From IMG/VR virus record IMGVR_UViG_3300017971_000272, positions 9,817-73,816 of that record: 64,000 nt of DNA; one strand, given 5' to 3'. This document shows positions 1-10,601 of the stretch, piece by piece. This DNA is from a virus. Each line of letters begins with the position of its first letter. Positions within the stretch are counted from its first letter, which is position 1. Made by a program: the position numbers and the translations under genes. A model generated the notes under the pieces. That model was given only the letters and a program-made list of their open reading frames with translations, searched no databases and was not told where the DNA came from.

Positions 1-3000
1 TTCATCAATGAGGCCATATAATTAGCGTATTTATTTGTTAACTGTTCAAGTGCCTTTTCTGCTACTGCTGTTTTAATATCTATTTCCATATCTTGATTAA
101 CAGTATCAGCAAGTAAATTAACCTTATCTACTAATAAAAGGATTTGTTGTTTGGATTCCTCCATAGCTTGCTGGTTTATTTCTTGTTGTTTCTTTAATCC
201 TTCCATATACAGATCAAGGGCTTTTTCAGCATTGCTTCCAGCTTGTTTCATTTGATTAAGAGCTTGATCATTAGTTTCTTTTATGATCTTATTCTGTTCA
301 GTTTCATATGTTCTTAAAGCATCACCAGCTTTTTGACCATATTCATTTACTAAATCAATGGCTGTTTCAGTGGTTTCTTCCAATGCTTGAACAGTATTGC
401 CTTCAGCATCTTGGACATCTCTTGCAAGAGTCTCAGCAAGTTCTTGCGCTTTTAAATATAATTGGGAAGCAAGTTCGTATTCACCTTTTAACTCTGCCTC
501 TCTTGCTTTAGCTGCTATCTCTTCAGCCTGCCTTCTATCATCTCTCCACTTTTCAAGATCACTCATTAAACCTTGTTGTAATGATCTTATCTTTTCATCA
601 GTGGTTTCAGTTATGCCAAGTATTTGTTCAGACATATCAACATATGTCTGAACTAATTCAGATGCAAGACCTTGTGCCTTAATAAAATAATCCTTAGCCA
701 TCATGTATTGGCCTTCTTGCATCATTCTATTTGCTTCAGCATAAGCACTATCATATTGCATTCTTTTGTTTACTAAATCTTCTTGTCCACTAAGAATAGT
801 AGCATTGGCTTCAGCTATGATATCTACTGTGTTTTGTGCTATAGATATCCTTTCCTCTTCAATTTCCTCCATTTCCTTAGCAAGACGTTTCTGTTCTCCA
901 AGTAACTTATCTATATTTTTAGATGCCTCATCATAATATTTTTCAATATCTTCCAGCATTGCTTCCAAGGTATCGGAATGTGCTCTACCTATTTTTTTAC
1001 CATTAAAATACATGGTTTGTATAAGGGTGTCTACTTCACCTACCATATCAGCTACATTGCTACCAAGATCCTCAGAGACATTTTGGAATTCCTCACCTAT
1101 ATTAGTGGAGAAATTGCCTATCTTTTCAACTATACCAAGTAATTTATCACCAAAATCTTTAAATTCTTTTGTAGTGTCTTCAATCCCTTTTTTAAAATCC
1201 ATGACAGCCTTGCCAGCACCTTGAACACCTTTGCGGACAATTATCATGGTTCCACCTTTTTCTTTATCTGCTTCAGCACTTTTTTCAGTTGCTTTAGTGG
1301 CTTCAGATGTGGCCTTTGCTCCATCTTTCTTAGCTGCTGTTAATGCCTTTTCAGCAGCTATCTTTTTTTGAATAGCTGCTTTATATTCATCACTATCCCT
1401 ACCGTACCTTATCTTAGCATCATTGGCTTCTTTTTGGGCTATCCTTACCTTATCATTTAAATAAGATTGTTCAGCAGCAGTCTTTCTCTTAACGGCTTCT
1501 AAATGGGATATTGTTCCTTGATTTTCCAGTTGTTCTATATAACCGATACTCTGTTCATGCATAGCATCTTTTTGCTGCAAATGCTGTTGTTCTTGTTCCT
1601 GCAATTGAGCTGCTGTTTCTTCTGCTTGAGCTATTCTTGCTTCATCCAATGAAGCTTGAGCCTCAAAAAGTTCTTCTTGGGCTTTTTTATATTGTTTAGT
1701 ATCTTCTCCATACATTCCGGATATAGCTTGAAAATATTCCTTGGCTATATCCAATAGCTTTTTAGCTTTTTGCTCATTTACCCTAACTGCTTCTGATGCA
1801 GCTTTCTTTTCACTTTTAAGATTCTTGGCTTGTGCTAATTGTATAGATCTTACTTCTTTATCAAGCTGGTTTTCTATTTTTTTCTTTCTTACATCATAAG
1901 ATTTAACAATAGCTTCTGTTTGTGCTTTAATAGAATTTTGAACAACTTTCTTCTGGAAGTCTGCAAGTTCAAGAGTTATTAATTTCTCTTTTTCTGCATT
2001 CTCCATTGAGCTATCTAAAATATTTTGTAAATTGGTCTGATGAGTTTGCAAGATAGCATTAAATCCTATTTTTGCATCTTCAGACATCTTAAGGAAAGTT
2101 TGTTTATATTGAGATTTTAATTGTTCGGTTAATTGAGTGCTTGTATTGGATATATTTACCTTACCTTGAGTCCAATTGCTTTCAATAAGCTGTATACCCT
2201 TAGCATGTGCTTGTGTGACATTTTCAACTTGTGCTGTCATTTCATCAGCATCTAATGTCTTTTTTAAAGCCTCTGCTGCCTTATCTGCTGCTTCCTGTAA
2301 TTTTTCCGCTGATTCAACAGCAGCAGCATCACTTTCTTTAGTAGCTTTTGTTTTGCTTTTCATGGAAACAATTGTTCGGTTTAATATATCTTGCTCCCTA
2401 TTTAAAGCACTTAATCTTTTTTCAAGTTTAGAAGTATCTAATCCTAAAAACTGTCTTGCAGCTATGCTTAATTCATAATACCCTTTACTAACCATCAACA
2501 CCATGTCATGAATAGCTGCAAATGTTAGCTGGACTCTTTCCCCTACCGATTGAGTTCCATTTTCAAATAACTTTAATTCATTTATAATTAAACCAAGAGA
2601 TATCCCCGCTATAGCAGCTCCAATAACTCCAAGAGCTATGTTAAATTTGGAGACAGCAGCAGTGCTAAGGGTTAATTGACTGGTAAATCCTTTTAATAAT
2701 CCTATTGCTGCTGTCATGGACCCACCAAACATATTCATAGCCACACCAGCAGCTCCAAGAGCCAATGTGAAAGCTCCTATACCTAAAACAATGGCATCAA
2801 GTATAGGAGCTATAGGACCAAGTGATTTATGAAAATCTGTTAATAGATTTATCACTTTAGCAACTGAATTTAACATATCTGCCATTGCTGGTTCAAGACC
2901 ACTGACAATTGTCTGTACAAATCCATCAACAGCACTCATTAATCTTCTAAATGCACCTCCAAGAGTTTCCTCCATTCTATCAGATATACCTTTTGTAGTG

Positions 3001-4064
3001 ATATCTGTTTCATGCATTTTTTCAATCATTTTTTCAAGCGCTTCACTTCCTTGACTAATAAGAGCAAGCATTCCAGGTCCAGCTCTAAGACCAAATACCT
3101 CCATAGCTTCAGCAGTTGTGATTCCTGATTTTTCTAACTGCTTTATGATATCAACATAGCTTTTCATTTTACCATCTGAATTAGTTATCTCGATGGTTGT
3201 TTGGCCTATTCTTTTACCTAACTGATCAAGCACTTCTTGGGCTTTTTTGGTAGGACTTAGCAGCCTTGTCATGGAACCTCTTAAAGCTGTACCTCCCATT
3301 TCCCCTTTATAACCAGCATTGGCAAGCTGTCCAAGAACAGCAGTAACTTCTTCAAAATCAAACCCAGCACTTTTAGCAACTGGTCCCGCATAAGCAAAAG
3401 CTGTTCCAAGCTCTTCCAGATTGGTATTAGCAGATGTAAAACCTCTTACAAGCACATCATTAACCCTGGACATATCCTCTACTTGTAAACCATAGCCCGA
3501 CATAATATTAGTAGTGATATCTGCTGCACGTCCAAGATCCATAGCTCCAGCAGAAGCAAGTTGTAAAACACCGGGCAGGGCTTGAATGGAATCTTTTACC
3601 TCAAATCCTGCCATTGACATAAATTGCAAACCTTCAGCAGCTTGGGAAGCTGTATATCTTGTTTCCCTGCCCATCTTTTGAGCAATTTCTGTCATATCCG
3701 CCATTTGCTGTTGAGTGGCATTAGAAACAGATCCAGCTTTAGCCATAGTATCACTAAATTGCGCTATGCTTTTAACTCCCATAGCAAAAGGTGCTACCAT
3801 AGCTCCACCAATAGCTGTTAATGCTATTCCTGCTTCACCTACCGATTTAGTTAGTTTTTTAAATCCCTGATCAATGTTTTTAAGCTTATTCCCTTTCTTG
3901 GAAACATTATCAAGTTCTTTACCTAACTTATCAGTACTTTTAGCTGCCTGATCAGCAGACTTATCAACAGTCTTCAGGGATGTTGCTATTTTTTTAATCC
4001 CTGCACTGGTTTTATCTACTAACTCAAATAATATTCGTACACTTTTTTCAACTGTATCAGCCAT
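1..4064 (-). CDS. Tail tape measure protein (TP901-type core), truncated by the left window edge
   Basis: Not on the ORF track. Hand translation from ATG at 4064 (overlaps the TAA of the upstream gene) gives MADTVEKSVRILFEFVDKTSAG...MGRETRYTASQAAEGLQFMSMAGF...LPGVLQLASAGAMDLGRAADITTN...ELGTAFAYAGPVAK...LANAGYKGEMGGTALR. Follows the tail chaperones. Confidence 0.93.
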   Translation of the reverse strand, partial: MADTVEKSVRILFELVDKTSAGIKKIATSLKTVDKSADQAAKSTDKLGKELDNVSKKGNKLKNIDQGFKKLTKSVGEAGIALTAIGGAMVAPFAMGVKSIAQFSDTMAKAGSVSNATQQQMADMTEIAQKMGRETRYTASQAAEGLQFMSMAGFEVKDSIQALPGVLQLASAGAMDLGRAADITTNIMSGYGLQVEDMSRVNDVLVRGFTSANTNLEELGTAFAYAGPVAKSAGFDFEEVTAVLGQLANAGYKGEMGGTALRGSMTRLLSPTKKAQEVLDQLGKRIGQTTIEITNSDGKMKSYVDIIKQLEKSGITTAEAMEVFGLRAGPGMLALISQGSEALEKMIEKMHETDITTKGISDRMEETLGGAFRRLMSAVDGFVQTIVSGLEPAMADMLNSVAKVINLLTDFHKSLGPIAPILDAIVLGIGAFTLALGAAGVAMNMFGGSMTAAIGLLKGFTSQLTLSTAAVSKFNIALGVIGAAIAGISLGLIINELKLFENGTQSVGERVQLTFAAIHDMVLMVSKGYYELSIAARQFLGLDTSKLEKRLSALNREQDILNRTIVSMKSKTKATKESDAAAVESAEKLQEAADKAAEALKKTLDADEMTAQVENVTQAHAKGIQLIESNWTQGKVNISNTSTQLTEQLKSQYKQTFLKMSEDAKIGFNAILQTHQTNLQNILDSSMENAEKEKLITLELADFQKKVVQNSIKAQTEAIVKSYDVRKKKIENQLDKEVRSIQLAQAKNLKSEKKAASEAVRVNEQKAKKLLDIAKEYFQAISGMYGEDTKQYKKAQEELFEAQASLDEARIAQAEETAAQLQEQEQQHLQQKDAMHEQSIGYIEQLENQGTISHLEAVKRKTAAEQSYLNDKVRIAQKEANDAKIRYGRDSDEYKAAIQKKIAAEKALTAAKKDGAKATSEATKATEKSAEADKEKGGTMIIVRKGVQGAGKAVMDFKKGIEDTTKEFKDFGDKLLGIVEKIGNFSTNIGEEFQNVSEDLGSNVADMVGEVDTLIQTMYFNGKKIGRAHSDTLEAMLEDIEKYYDEASKNIDKLLGEQKRLAKEMEEIEEERISIAQNTVDIIAEANATILSGQEDLVNKRMQYDSAYAEANRMMQEGQYMMAKDYFIKAQGLASELVQTYVDMSEQILGITETTDEKIRSLQQGLMSDLEKWRDDRRQAEEIAAKAREAELKGEYELASQLYLKAQELAETLARDVQDAEGNTVQALEETTETAIDLVNEYGQKAGDALRTYETEQNKIIKETNDQALNQMKQAGSNAEKALDLYMEGLKKQQEINQQAMEESKQQILLLVDKVNLLADTVNQDMEIDIKTAVAEKALEQLTNKYANYMASLM

Positions 4065-4444
4065 TATTTAAGTCCTTTCATTGTTCTTGCTAATCTTTCC
4101 CAATCCCGGTTTGCTTCCTCTGGTGTTACTATTACTTTTTTCTTTTTACTTGGAGATGTCATGCTATTAATTTGTTTGTTTAGATCTTCATATTTTAAAT
4201 GATTAGCCATCCAAGCAAGTTTAGTTTCTTGTAGTTTTTCTTCATTTTTATCTGATTGCTCGTCATTAATGGCTTTCAAAAATACTCCAATCTCTCCTAA
4301 TGTATATTTTTTTATATCAATCCATCTATGACCATTCTGCACTAAGGTTTGGAAGGCTCTTCCAATTTCGTTTCCTCTTCTTTCTCTGTACTTGGCCCTT
4401 GGATCAGATTCACTATTTGATCCTTCAGGCTTACGAAGTTTTTT
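4064..4444 (-). CDS. Tail assembly chaperone, frameshift (gpGT-like) extension
   Basis: ORF 4064..4483 lies in the -1 frame of the upstream chaperone and would be entered at the slippery heptamer A AAA AAC (4444-4438). Sits between tail tube and tape measure. Confidence 0.75.
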   Translation of the reverse strand, partial: KKLRKPEGSNSESDPRAKYRERRGNEIGRAFQTLVQNGHRWIDIKKYTLGEIGVFLKAINDEQSDKNEEKLQETKLAWMANHLKYEDLNKQINSMTSPSKKKKVIVTPEEANRDWERLARTMKGLK

Positions 4445-4863
4445 TCCAAACCCTTTTGACTTTGTATGTTCACTTCTAAACATTTACTAAATAATTCTGA
4501 AGCTATTTTAGGAGGCATTTTTCTTATACTGTCTTCAGTAATTCCCGACATATCACTAATTACTGAAATAGCATGATCAGAAATGAAATTCCCTATTCTT
4601 GGAAGGATTAAAATGATTTGATTTATGATTTGGCTTTGACTTTGGCCTGATGTGGTGTTCATATCATTTTGAAGTTCTTGAAAAAGAACTTCTCTCCACT
4701 CCTCCATTAATGTTCCAAATCTTTTTATAACAGATGCAAAATCTTCTAACCCAAGAGGTTTAATATTGATGGTTGTTTTTCCTATTGTATAATCTTCACC
4801 TGGAAGCAGTAAATCCCAATCTTCATTAGACAAGTCAATTTTAGTGGTTTTTTCTTCGTTCAT
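4342..4863 (-). CDS. Tail assembly chaperone (gpG-like)
   Basis: 173 aa, directly after the tail tube gene; RBS CAGGGAG; contains the slippery site. Confidence 0.8.
   Translation of the reverse strand: MNEEKTTKIDLSNEDWDLLLPGEDYTIGKTTINIKPLGLEDFASVIKRFGTLMEEWREVLFQELQNDMNTTSGQSQSQIINQIILILPRIGNFISDHAISVISDMSGITEDSIRKMPPKIASELFSKCLEVNIQSQKGLEKNFVSLKDQIVNLIQGPSTEKEEETKLEEPSKP
4438..4444 (-). other. -1 programmed ribosomal frameshift site (A AAA AAC)
   Basis: Minus strand TTG GAA AAA AAC TTC (LEKNF); the -1 frame reads GGA AAA AAA CTT CGT and stays open to 4064. Confidence 0.75.
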
Positions 4864-4892
4864 TTTTTCTCCCTGATTAAAGCTTCCCTGTT

Positions 4893-4963
4893 TAAAAAAA
4901 GGGCAGGAAGACGGAAACAGGGAGTGTAAACGTCTTATCGGCCATATGAACCTATCCTGCCCT
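4893..4963 (-). terminator. Large-loop terminator-like hairpin after the tail tube gene
   Basis: AGGGCAGGA...TCCTGCCCT stem followed by a T-run on the minus strand. Confidence 0.6.
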
Positions 4964-4982
4964 AAACTGTTAATTATTCTTA

Positions 4983-6032
4983 TTAAAGAATAATGACTTT
5001 ACCATAAGGTTCAGTAGGATGATTAGTTTCATCCTTTAGAATCTCATAAGTGAATTCCATCATTTGCCAATCATCACCAATCCAAGATAAATCTCCACTT
5101 GGAGCTAAATCAGCTCTCCAAATAACAAGCTCTTTATTAGCTCCAACAGGATTATCAGATACGAATCTAAGTTTTCCTTCAATCTGTGTTTCTTCAAACA
5201 TATTTAATGTTTGATAAGTAACAGCAGCTCTATGATACCTAATAGTAATATTAGCATCTGCTGTATCAATAGCTCCTCCCTCAACTATATAAATCCTTCC
5301 AGTTGAACTATCTATTTTGTAATCATCATTTAATGTATAGATAGTTGTTGGAGTATCTGTATCATATACCAAAATATTGGTAGTATCAAAAGCAGCTACA
5401 GTACCTGTCAATGCTGAAAAATCACAATCAGCACTCCAGATGCCATCAGTAATAACATCCCCATCAACTAATGCTTCATCATTAGCATCAGTATTAACAA
5501 CATAAAGAATACCTGTTGTTGATGTTATTTGTGTAACAGCTATTACTTGATTATCTTTAGTACCAGAAGCCCCCACATAAATGCTATCTCCTGGAGATGG
5601 GACACCTCCTGCTAAATTATCATAAGGAACCCTGAGACAGCCAATTGATCTTGATCCTATTTCATGATACCTGTTACCTGCTACTCCAGCATTAGCAAGT
5701 GCCTTTACTAAACTTTGCAGATTATTTCCTACTGCTGTTTGTGTCACTGAAGTTGGATCAGTCATGAATGTTAAAGCCAAATTATCTCCATTAGGCTCAT
5801 CTAATGTGATTGCGCCTGCTGGTGTAATTTGTAACACTACAGTTTTATCCTTTGACTTCAAACCTGATCTACTATTAAAATGATCAAGTTTTTCTGTAGC
5901 AATGTTTACCGTAAAATTCGGACAGTTCCCAAGATCACGTTCACCTTCATAAGAGCCATCTGGCATTTTCTTATCGAAGAAAAGCTTACCGCGTCCAAGG
6001 GAATAATTATTAGGATTTGGAGCATTTGACAT
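4983..6032 (-). CDS. Major tail tube protein with inserted domain
   Basis: N-terminal LGRGKLFFD...RDLGNCPNF and C-terminal EGKLRFVSDNPVG...LAPSGDLSWIGDDW are typical siphovirus tube motifs; synteny. Confidence 0.85.
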   Translation of the reverse strand: MSNAPNPNNYSLGRGKLFFDKKMPDGSYEGERDLGNCPNFTVNIATEKLDHFNSRSGLKSKDKTVVLQITPAGAITLDEPNGDNLALTFMTDPTSVTQTAVGNNLQSLVKALANAGVAGNRYHEIGSRSIGCLRVPYDNLAGGVPSPGDSIYVGASGTKDNQVIAVTQITSTTGILYVVNTDANDEALVDGDVITDGIWSADCDFSALTGTVAAFDTTNILVYDTDTPTTIYTLNDDYKIDSSTGRIYIVEGGAIDTADANITIRYHRAAVTYQTLNMFEETQIEGKLRFVSDNPVGANKELVIWRADLAPSGDLSWIGDDWQMMEFTYEILKDETNHPTEPYGKVIIL

Positions 6033-6044
6033 TATTTTCCTCCT

Positions 6045-6467
6045 TTACTTAAGTGTATCATCTTCATACGTCATTTTAAAAATTACCTGCATACCCAGGA
6101 CCCCTGGGATTCCTTGGTTGAACGGACCTATGGTTTGGCTCTCCTTAAACATTACACCTTGTAATAAAGTAGGGCCTCCATCAAAAGCATGTAGTATAAC
6201 CTCCTTGCGTAATTCCTTAACCTTTACACTGGACATCTCCCAAACCTCCACAATAATATCTAATGATCGGATTAAAGGATATCCAGTATAAGTCCTGCTT
6301 ACTTCTTTTATTATGTTATCTTCGCCTTCTTGTATAAGAAGACAGGGCATGTGCTTTTCAGTAACTTGAAAATCTATATTTCTTTTAAATAACTTTAATC
6401 CCATTAAAGTAAAAATAGGTTTTAACCTATTTTCCAATGCTTCTATTCCAAGTTCTCTGTTTTCCAT
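6045..6467 (-). CDS. Tail terminator/completion protein
   Basis: Position immediately before the tube gene; 140 aa; PCLLIQEGED motif. Confidence 0.6.
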   Translation of the reverse strand: MENRELGIEALENRLKPIFTLMGLKLFKRNIDFQVTEKHMPCLLIQEGEDNIIKEVSRTYTGYPLIRSLDIIVEVWEMSSVKVKELRKEVILHAFDGGPTLLQGVMFKESQTIGPFNQGIPGVLGMQVIFKMTYEDDTLK

Positions 6468-6901
6468 TATTTTATAACCTTATCAACTATATCTGCTAAT
6501 GTTGTCATAAATTTATCTATACTTTTATCATCCACAACCTTATTAACCACACCTCCTACTGCTTGGGATGAATATATTTTACCTTCAGAAAGAACAGTTT
6601 TAGGTCCAGGAGATTTCCAAGGTCTTTTTCCTGGAGTAGATCCCACTTCAATAGGAACAGCATAAGGAAGGGAATTGTTTATTTCCCCTTGATATGAATC
6701 TGATGTTTGTTTAAAATCCAATTGCCATGCAGCTCTTAAGGCTCCCTTATCTACCGGAGTATTTCTTTGTATATCAGTATGAGCATCTATTACAAATTTA
6801 GTCACAACAGATTTTGACATGCTTCTTAACTTTGGAATAATAGATCTTTCTAACTCTCTTCTAAATTTTTTAACTTCTTTGGTATCTATTATTTTGCTCA
6901 T
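6467..6901 (-). CDS. HK97 gp10-like tail completion protein
   Basis: TPVDKGALRAAW...NSLPYAVPIEVG motif. Confidence 0.8.
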   Translation of the reverse strand: MSKIIDTKEVKKFRRELERSIIPKLRSMSKSVVTKFVIDAHTDIQRNTPVDKGALRAAWQLDFKQTSDSYQGEINNSLPYAVPIEVGSTPGKRPWKSPGPKTVLSEGKIYSSQAVGGVVNKVVDDKSIDKFMTTLADIVDKVIK

Positions 6902-7287
6902 CCGTTAAATACCTTTTTACAGATTAATATCCACATAGCATCAGCAGGTAATAATTGAGGATGCACTACGTACCATACCTCTCCATTGTTTCTTGTTATC
7001 TTAGCCTTATTAGCTACTTCAAATGTAACTTGTTCAGCAGGTACATAAAACACTGTATCACCTGCCCTTATATTTTGTTCCTCTGATGTTATTCTTTCAG
7101 ACATTCTTTGAGTTAGAGTACCTTTGATACATTGTAAATCATATGTTTGTACAGTCTCTGTTATTTCAAATGTAACAGGGTCCTGATGTTGAGTAGGTTC
7201 AGTAGTATAAGTTACTCTTTCAGCCACATCTCCAAAAGCTGTGACAATTGTAGTAGCTGCTTTTTGAAAGGTTTCCATCAATCCCAT
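6898..7287 (-). CDS. Head closure/stopper protein
   Basis: Synteny between adaptor and gp10-like gene; 129 aa, beta-rich. Confidence 0.6.
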   Translation of the reverse strand: MGLMETFQKAATTIVTAFGDVAERVTYTTEPTQHQDPVTFEITETVQTYDLQCIKGTLTQRMSERITSEEQNIRAGDTVFYVPAEQVTFEVANKAKITRNNGEVWYVVHPQLLPADAMWILICKKVFNG

Positions 7288-7794
7288 TTATTTACCTCCT
7301 CTTACTACTGAATTATCATAAGCAGACAATGTTCCATAGTCACTTAACATCTGTGCCACATATTCCGGGATTACATTTGGACGATCAAGCCTGTCTACTT
7401 CCATTTCAAGTACATCAGCTTTTATCCGTTTGATTCCTAAAGTATCGGGTTCAGCAGTTCTATCAGATTTTAAAAGCCACTTAGCAAATTCAGATGTGGC
7501 ATTAACCAGAAACTGAGGAATGCTACTATCATCTATTTTTACATTATCCTGATTATACCATTGTGTTCTTGGAACTTTTAGAGATTGTGTATCTGAGGCT
7601 ATTTTACCATCCCAATCCATTTGCTCATCTATAATCCTTGTGGCTGATATCAGTGCTCTTTTCTTGTTTGTGTCTGTAGCATTATCCCAATCAGATATAT
7701 ACAAACAAGTATTCATATAGGCATTGGCTTGATCTAAAGTTGCATAGCTATTAGCATCAGATGCTCCTGGAGTGGCTATAATTTCTACAGACAT
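7288..7794 (-). CDS. Head-tail adaptor (DnaT-like ssDNA-binding annotation family)
   Basis: ANSYATLDQANAY...ALISATRIID...WDG...QSLKVPR motif. Confidence 0.8.
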   Translation of the reverse strand: MSVEIIATPGASDANSYATLDQANAYMNTCLYISDWDNATDTNKKRALISATRIIDEQMDWDGKIASDTQSLKVPRTQWYNQDNVKIDDSSIPQFLVNATSEFAKWLLKSDRTAEPDTLGIKRIKADVLEMEVDRLDRPNVIPEYVAQMLSDYGTLSAYDNSVVRGGK

Positions 7795-7796
7795 TT

Positions 7797-8144
7797 TTAC
7801 CCTCTTATGATATCTTGGTTAATAGTAAATGTCTCATCACTTAAATCTATCTCATAATGTAATTCAGCACCCCATTCAAGCTGTAGAGCCATATAATAAT
7901 CACCTGTATTCTGATCAGTATCTGTAGGATTTAAAACTATACTGACATATCCTAAACTGGGATCATTTATAGTTATTCCATTTCCTACTGATTTAGATAT
8001 TATAGCAGAGGAGTCGGGGTCAGTTTTATTTTGCTTTACCATAAACAAAATAGATGTAGCTGAAGTCAGATTATCTAATAATTCCTTATTACCATCTCTA
8101 ACAGCTATAGTCAATACAACTGAATTTCCTTTTTTTATTATCAT
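7797..8144 (-). CDS. BppU-like/Ig-fold virion protein
   Basis: IKKGNS...GITINDPSLGYVSIVLNPTDT...GDYY pattern. Confidence 0.5.
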   Translation of the reverse strand: MIIKKGNSVVLTIAVRDGNKELLDNLTSATSILFMVKQNKTDPDSSAIISKSVGNGITINDPSLGYVSIVLNPTDTDQNTGDYYMALQLEWGAELHYEIDLSDETFTINQDIIRG

Positions 8145-8323
8145 AATTCCTCTTCTTTTTCTATCACTCCATTTAATTGATATTGAATCTCTACCGTTCC
8201 ATTTAGTTCGTTAATCTGTTGTATTTCCCCTTGCAATGGATACTCTATTATCACGGATTCAATAGGTCCGATACTTTTTACCTTGGACTGAATGCCTTTA
8301 GTCATTATCCCTATACTTGCCAT
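8141..8323 (-). CDS. Small hypothetical protein
   Basis: Start/stop overlaps with both neighbours. Confidence 0.6.
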   Translation of the reverse strand: MASIGIMTKGIQSKVKSIGPIESVIIEYPLQGEIQQINELNGTVEIQYQLNGVIEKEEEL

Positions 8324-10137
8324 TATTGCCTCACTGTTCTATAGGATTGCATAACACCTGCAAGTTCAGTAGCTGATACAGTGAATTCCTCTATTACATC
8401 ATTATCAGTTCCTACACTTGCAGGATTAGAATATATTCTAATCCTTGCTGAAGTCACTACTTCATTACTATATACTATTTGATCAATAGACATGTTTTCA
8501 TATAAAGATACTACAGTTGGAACCATTGTAGTATTAACTATATTACTATCATAAAACACAGATAAATAATTAGGTTGATATCCATCTTTATCTATAATCA
8601 CAGAATAAGAAGGAACTTGATAGGGAAAAGTATAATCAAATGGAGAATTAACAGTTTTCCATCCCGTACCATCTCCAGGATTAAATTGTATCTGAGGTAA
8701 ATGATTTCCCCTTCTATCCATCACATTAAAAGTAACTTGATGAGCTGAAACAGTCACTGTTAAACTATCTTCGCTTGTAGCTCCTTCATTATCTTCAACC
8801 TGTAATCTCGTAGTGATAACACCAATATTACTATACAAATAAGTAAATGCCTGTACAGCCTCTAATAATGTAGCATATCCATTAATAGGAATCTCAGTCC
8901 ATATATCTACTTCGCCATCAACCTTATATCTTGCTACATCAACTGTACCATCAGGATCATTAAAAGAAGCATCTGAAAATGGAGATATTGTGCCATGATC
9001 AAGTGTATTTTTATTACTGCCAGCATCCACTATAGGACTTAAATTAGATGTGTAAAGTATCTGTATTTCATCCAGTTGAATAGCTTGATTCCCATTACTA
9101 ATAAAGAAAGTTTTAACCCATATATCTCCTACTGGAAAAAGATCTATGTTGATGTTTACTGTATTCTCATTGTTATAATTAGCTCCAGCAGAAACCCAAG
9201 CAGATCCATCAAAATACAACCAATCAGATCCATTGGAAGATAGTTGAAATCCTAAACTCCCTTCCAATACACCTGTTGTAACAGTGAAGCCATCCCATAC
9301 ATTAACTGTTCCTGATTCACCTGTAGTTTTATAAATGCTTGGCTCATCGTCACTGTAAAAGCTTTGTTCTGTTCCATTTCCAGCATTATATAAGTGAGCT
9401 ATTTCATTTGTTGTCAATACTCTATCATATATAACTAATTCATCTATTTCTCCTCCCCAATGATTAGTTACATTATTTCTTGATCCAATAGAGCACGAAT
9501 TAGAAACTAACATACTTTGTGTTAAATTATCATTATCAACAGTAACATCTCTCACAGTACCATCTACTGTAAAAACAATACCACTTGCTAATGAACTCCC
9601 ATCATAAGTAACAACAGCATGATGCCAATTACCATCTCTAAATGTTTCATTTGTTGTTACAGATACAACATTGCCGGATAACCCACCTGCTAAATATAAT
9701 CGCAATGCTGCACTTTTCATATCAAAGATCCATCCTTGAGCAGCTCCTATAGTATTAACTTTACTAATCAAAGTCATAGGTGTTTGTATTGTAGAGGATT
9801 TAAACCATATAGATATAGAAAAGGACTGATCTCTTTCAAAATTACAAATATTACCAAGATCAACTCTTTCATTTTGTGCTCTTACAAAAGATAAACAATT
9901 GTTTAATTTACCAGTAATCCAATTGGAATCATCCATGTTTTGAGTTGTTCCATTCCTATTATTACCTGAATCATCTGGAACAGTACTGCCAGAACTCTCA
10001 TTAAAATGATAACGAGCATAGCAGTTTCTAAGATCCTCTATCAGGGAGGCAAATCCACCAGAAACTTCTATTTGATTATTGTCAAAATTATAGTTACCTG
10101 GAACATCAAAAGGTATCGAAAAAACCGCCATGCTCAA
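8323..10137 (-). CDS. LamG/concanavalin-like and PKD-like domain virion protein
   Basis: ARYHFNESSG...DDSGNNRNGT, FSISIWFK, DGNWHHAVVTYDG, GEIDELVIYDRVLT (LamG); PIVDAG...DPDG...LQVEDNEGATSEDSLTVTV (PKD-like). Confidence 0.85.
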   Translation of the reverse strand: MSMAVFSIPFDVPGNYNFDNNQIEVSGGFASLIEDLRNCYARYHFNESSGSTVPDDSGNNRNGTTQNMDDSNWITGKLNNCLSFVRAQNERVDLGNICNFERDQSFSISIWFKSSTIQTPMTLISKVNTIGAAQGWIFDMKSAALRLYLAGGLSGNVVSVTTNETFRDGNWHHAVVTYDGSSLASGIVFTVDGTVRDVTVDNDNLTQSMLVSNSCSIGSRNNVTNHWGGEIDELVIYDRVLTTNEIAHLYNAGNGTEQSFYSDDEPSIYKTTGESGTVNVWDGFTVTTGVLEGSLGFQLSSNGSDWLYFDGSAWVSAGANYNNENTVNINIDLFPVGDIWVKTFFISNGNQAIQLDEIQILYTSNLSPIVDAGSNKNTLDHGTISPFSDASFNDPDGTVDVARYKVDGEVDIWTEIPINGYATLLEAVQAFTYLYSNIGVITTRLQVEDNEGATSEDSLTVTVSAHQVTFNVMDRRGNHLPQIQFNPGDGTGWKTVNSPFDYTFPYQVPSYSVIIDKDGYQPNYLSVFYDSNIVNTTMVPTVVSLYENMSIDQIVYSNEVVTSARIRIYSNPASVGTDNDVIEEFTVSATELAGVMQSYRTVRQ

Positions 10138-10142
10138 ACTCC

Positions 10143-10601
10143 TTATTTGTTACCTGTTATCCATGATAAATATTTGCTCTTTTTACCAGATTTTTCAGCG
10201 CTCCGACCAACAGCGTATACACTACATACGCTTGTCCATGCCCACCAAAATTCTTCAGGCAAAACAAGCTGTGGTGTTTTTTCAGATGTATAAAATGTTA
10301 AGATTGGAAAAAGAACGTGTACTAAGAAAATGAAAAATAAACCAGCATACACAATGCTTGGTCTTGCTCGTTTAGTGTAATCATCTCCTTGTTGTAATTC
10401 AGCAACAATGATTTCTTTTTGTGCTGTTACTATTGTTGCTTCTCTTTGAGACAGCATTTTTTCAAGTTCAGCAGTAACTCTTAACTTTTCCTCTGGACTT
10501 GCTGCTTTAGGCCAAAATCTATCCATAATGGAATCAGCAAAGTCCTTTACACTTGAAATAGTCTGCCCAATGCCTGAAAAATCTTTAATATCAAGAGCCA
10601 T
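10143..10601 (-). CDS. Holin (3TM/GTA-holin-like)
   Basis: IIVAELQQGDDYTKRARPSIVY, transmembrane segment, WTSVCSVYAVGRSAEK; near lysozyme. Confidence 0.8.
   Translation of the reverse strand: MALDIKDFSGIGQTISSVKDFADSIMDRFWPKAASPEEKLRVTAELEKMLSQREATIVTAQKEIIVAELQQGDDYTKRARPSIVYAGLFFIFLVHVLFPILTFYTSEKTPQLVLPEEFWWAWTSVCSVYAVGRSAEKSGKKSKYLSWITGNK

Noticed and set aside
308-3821. Plus-strand ORFs over the tape measure (and similar shadows over MCP, SNF2, CCC gene, clamp)
   Set aside because: Antisense shadows with no recognisable motifs or SD, unlike the nuclease inside the intein.
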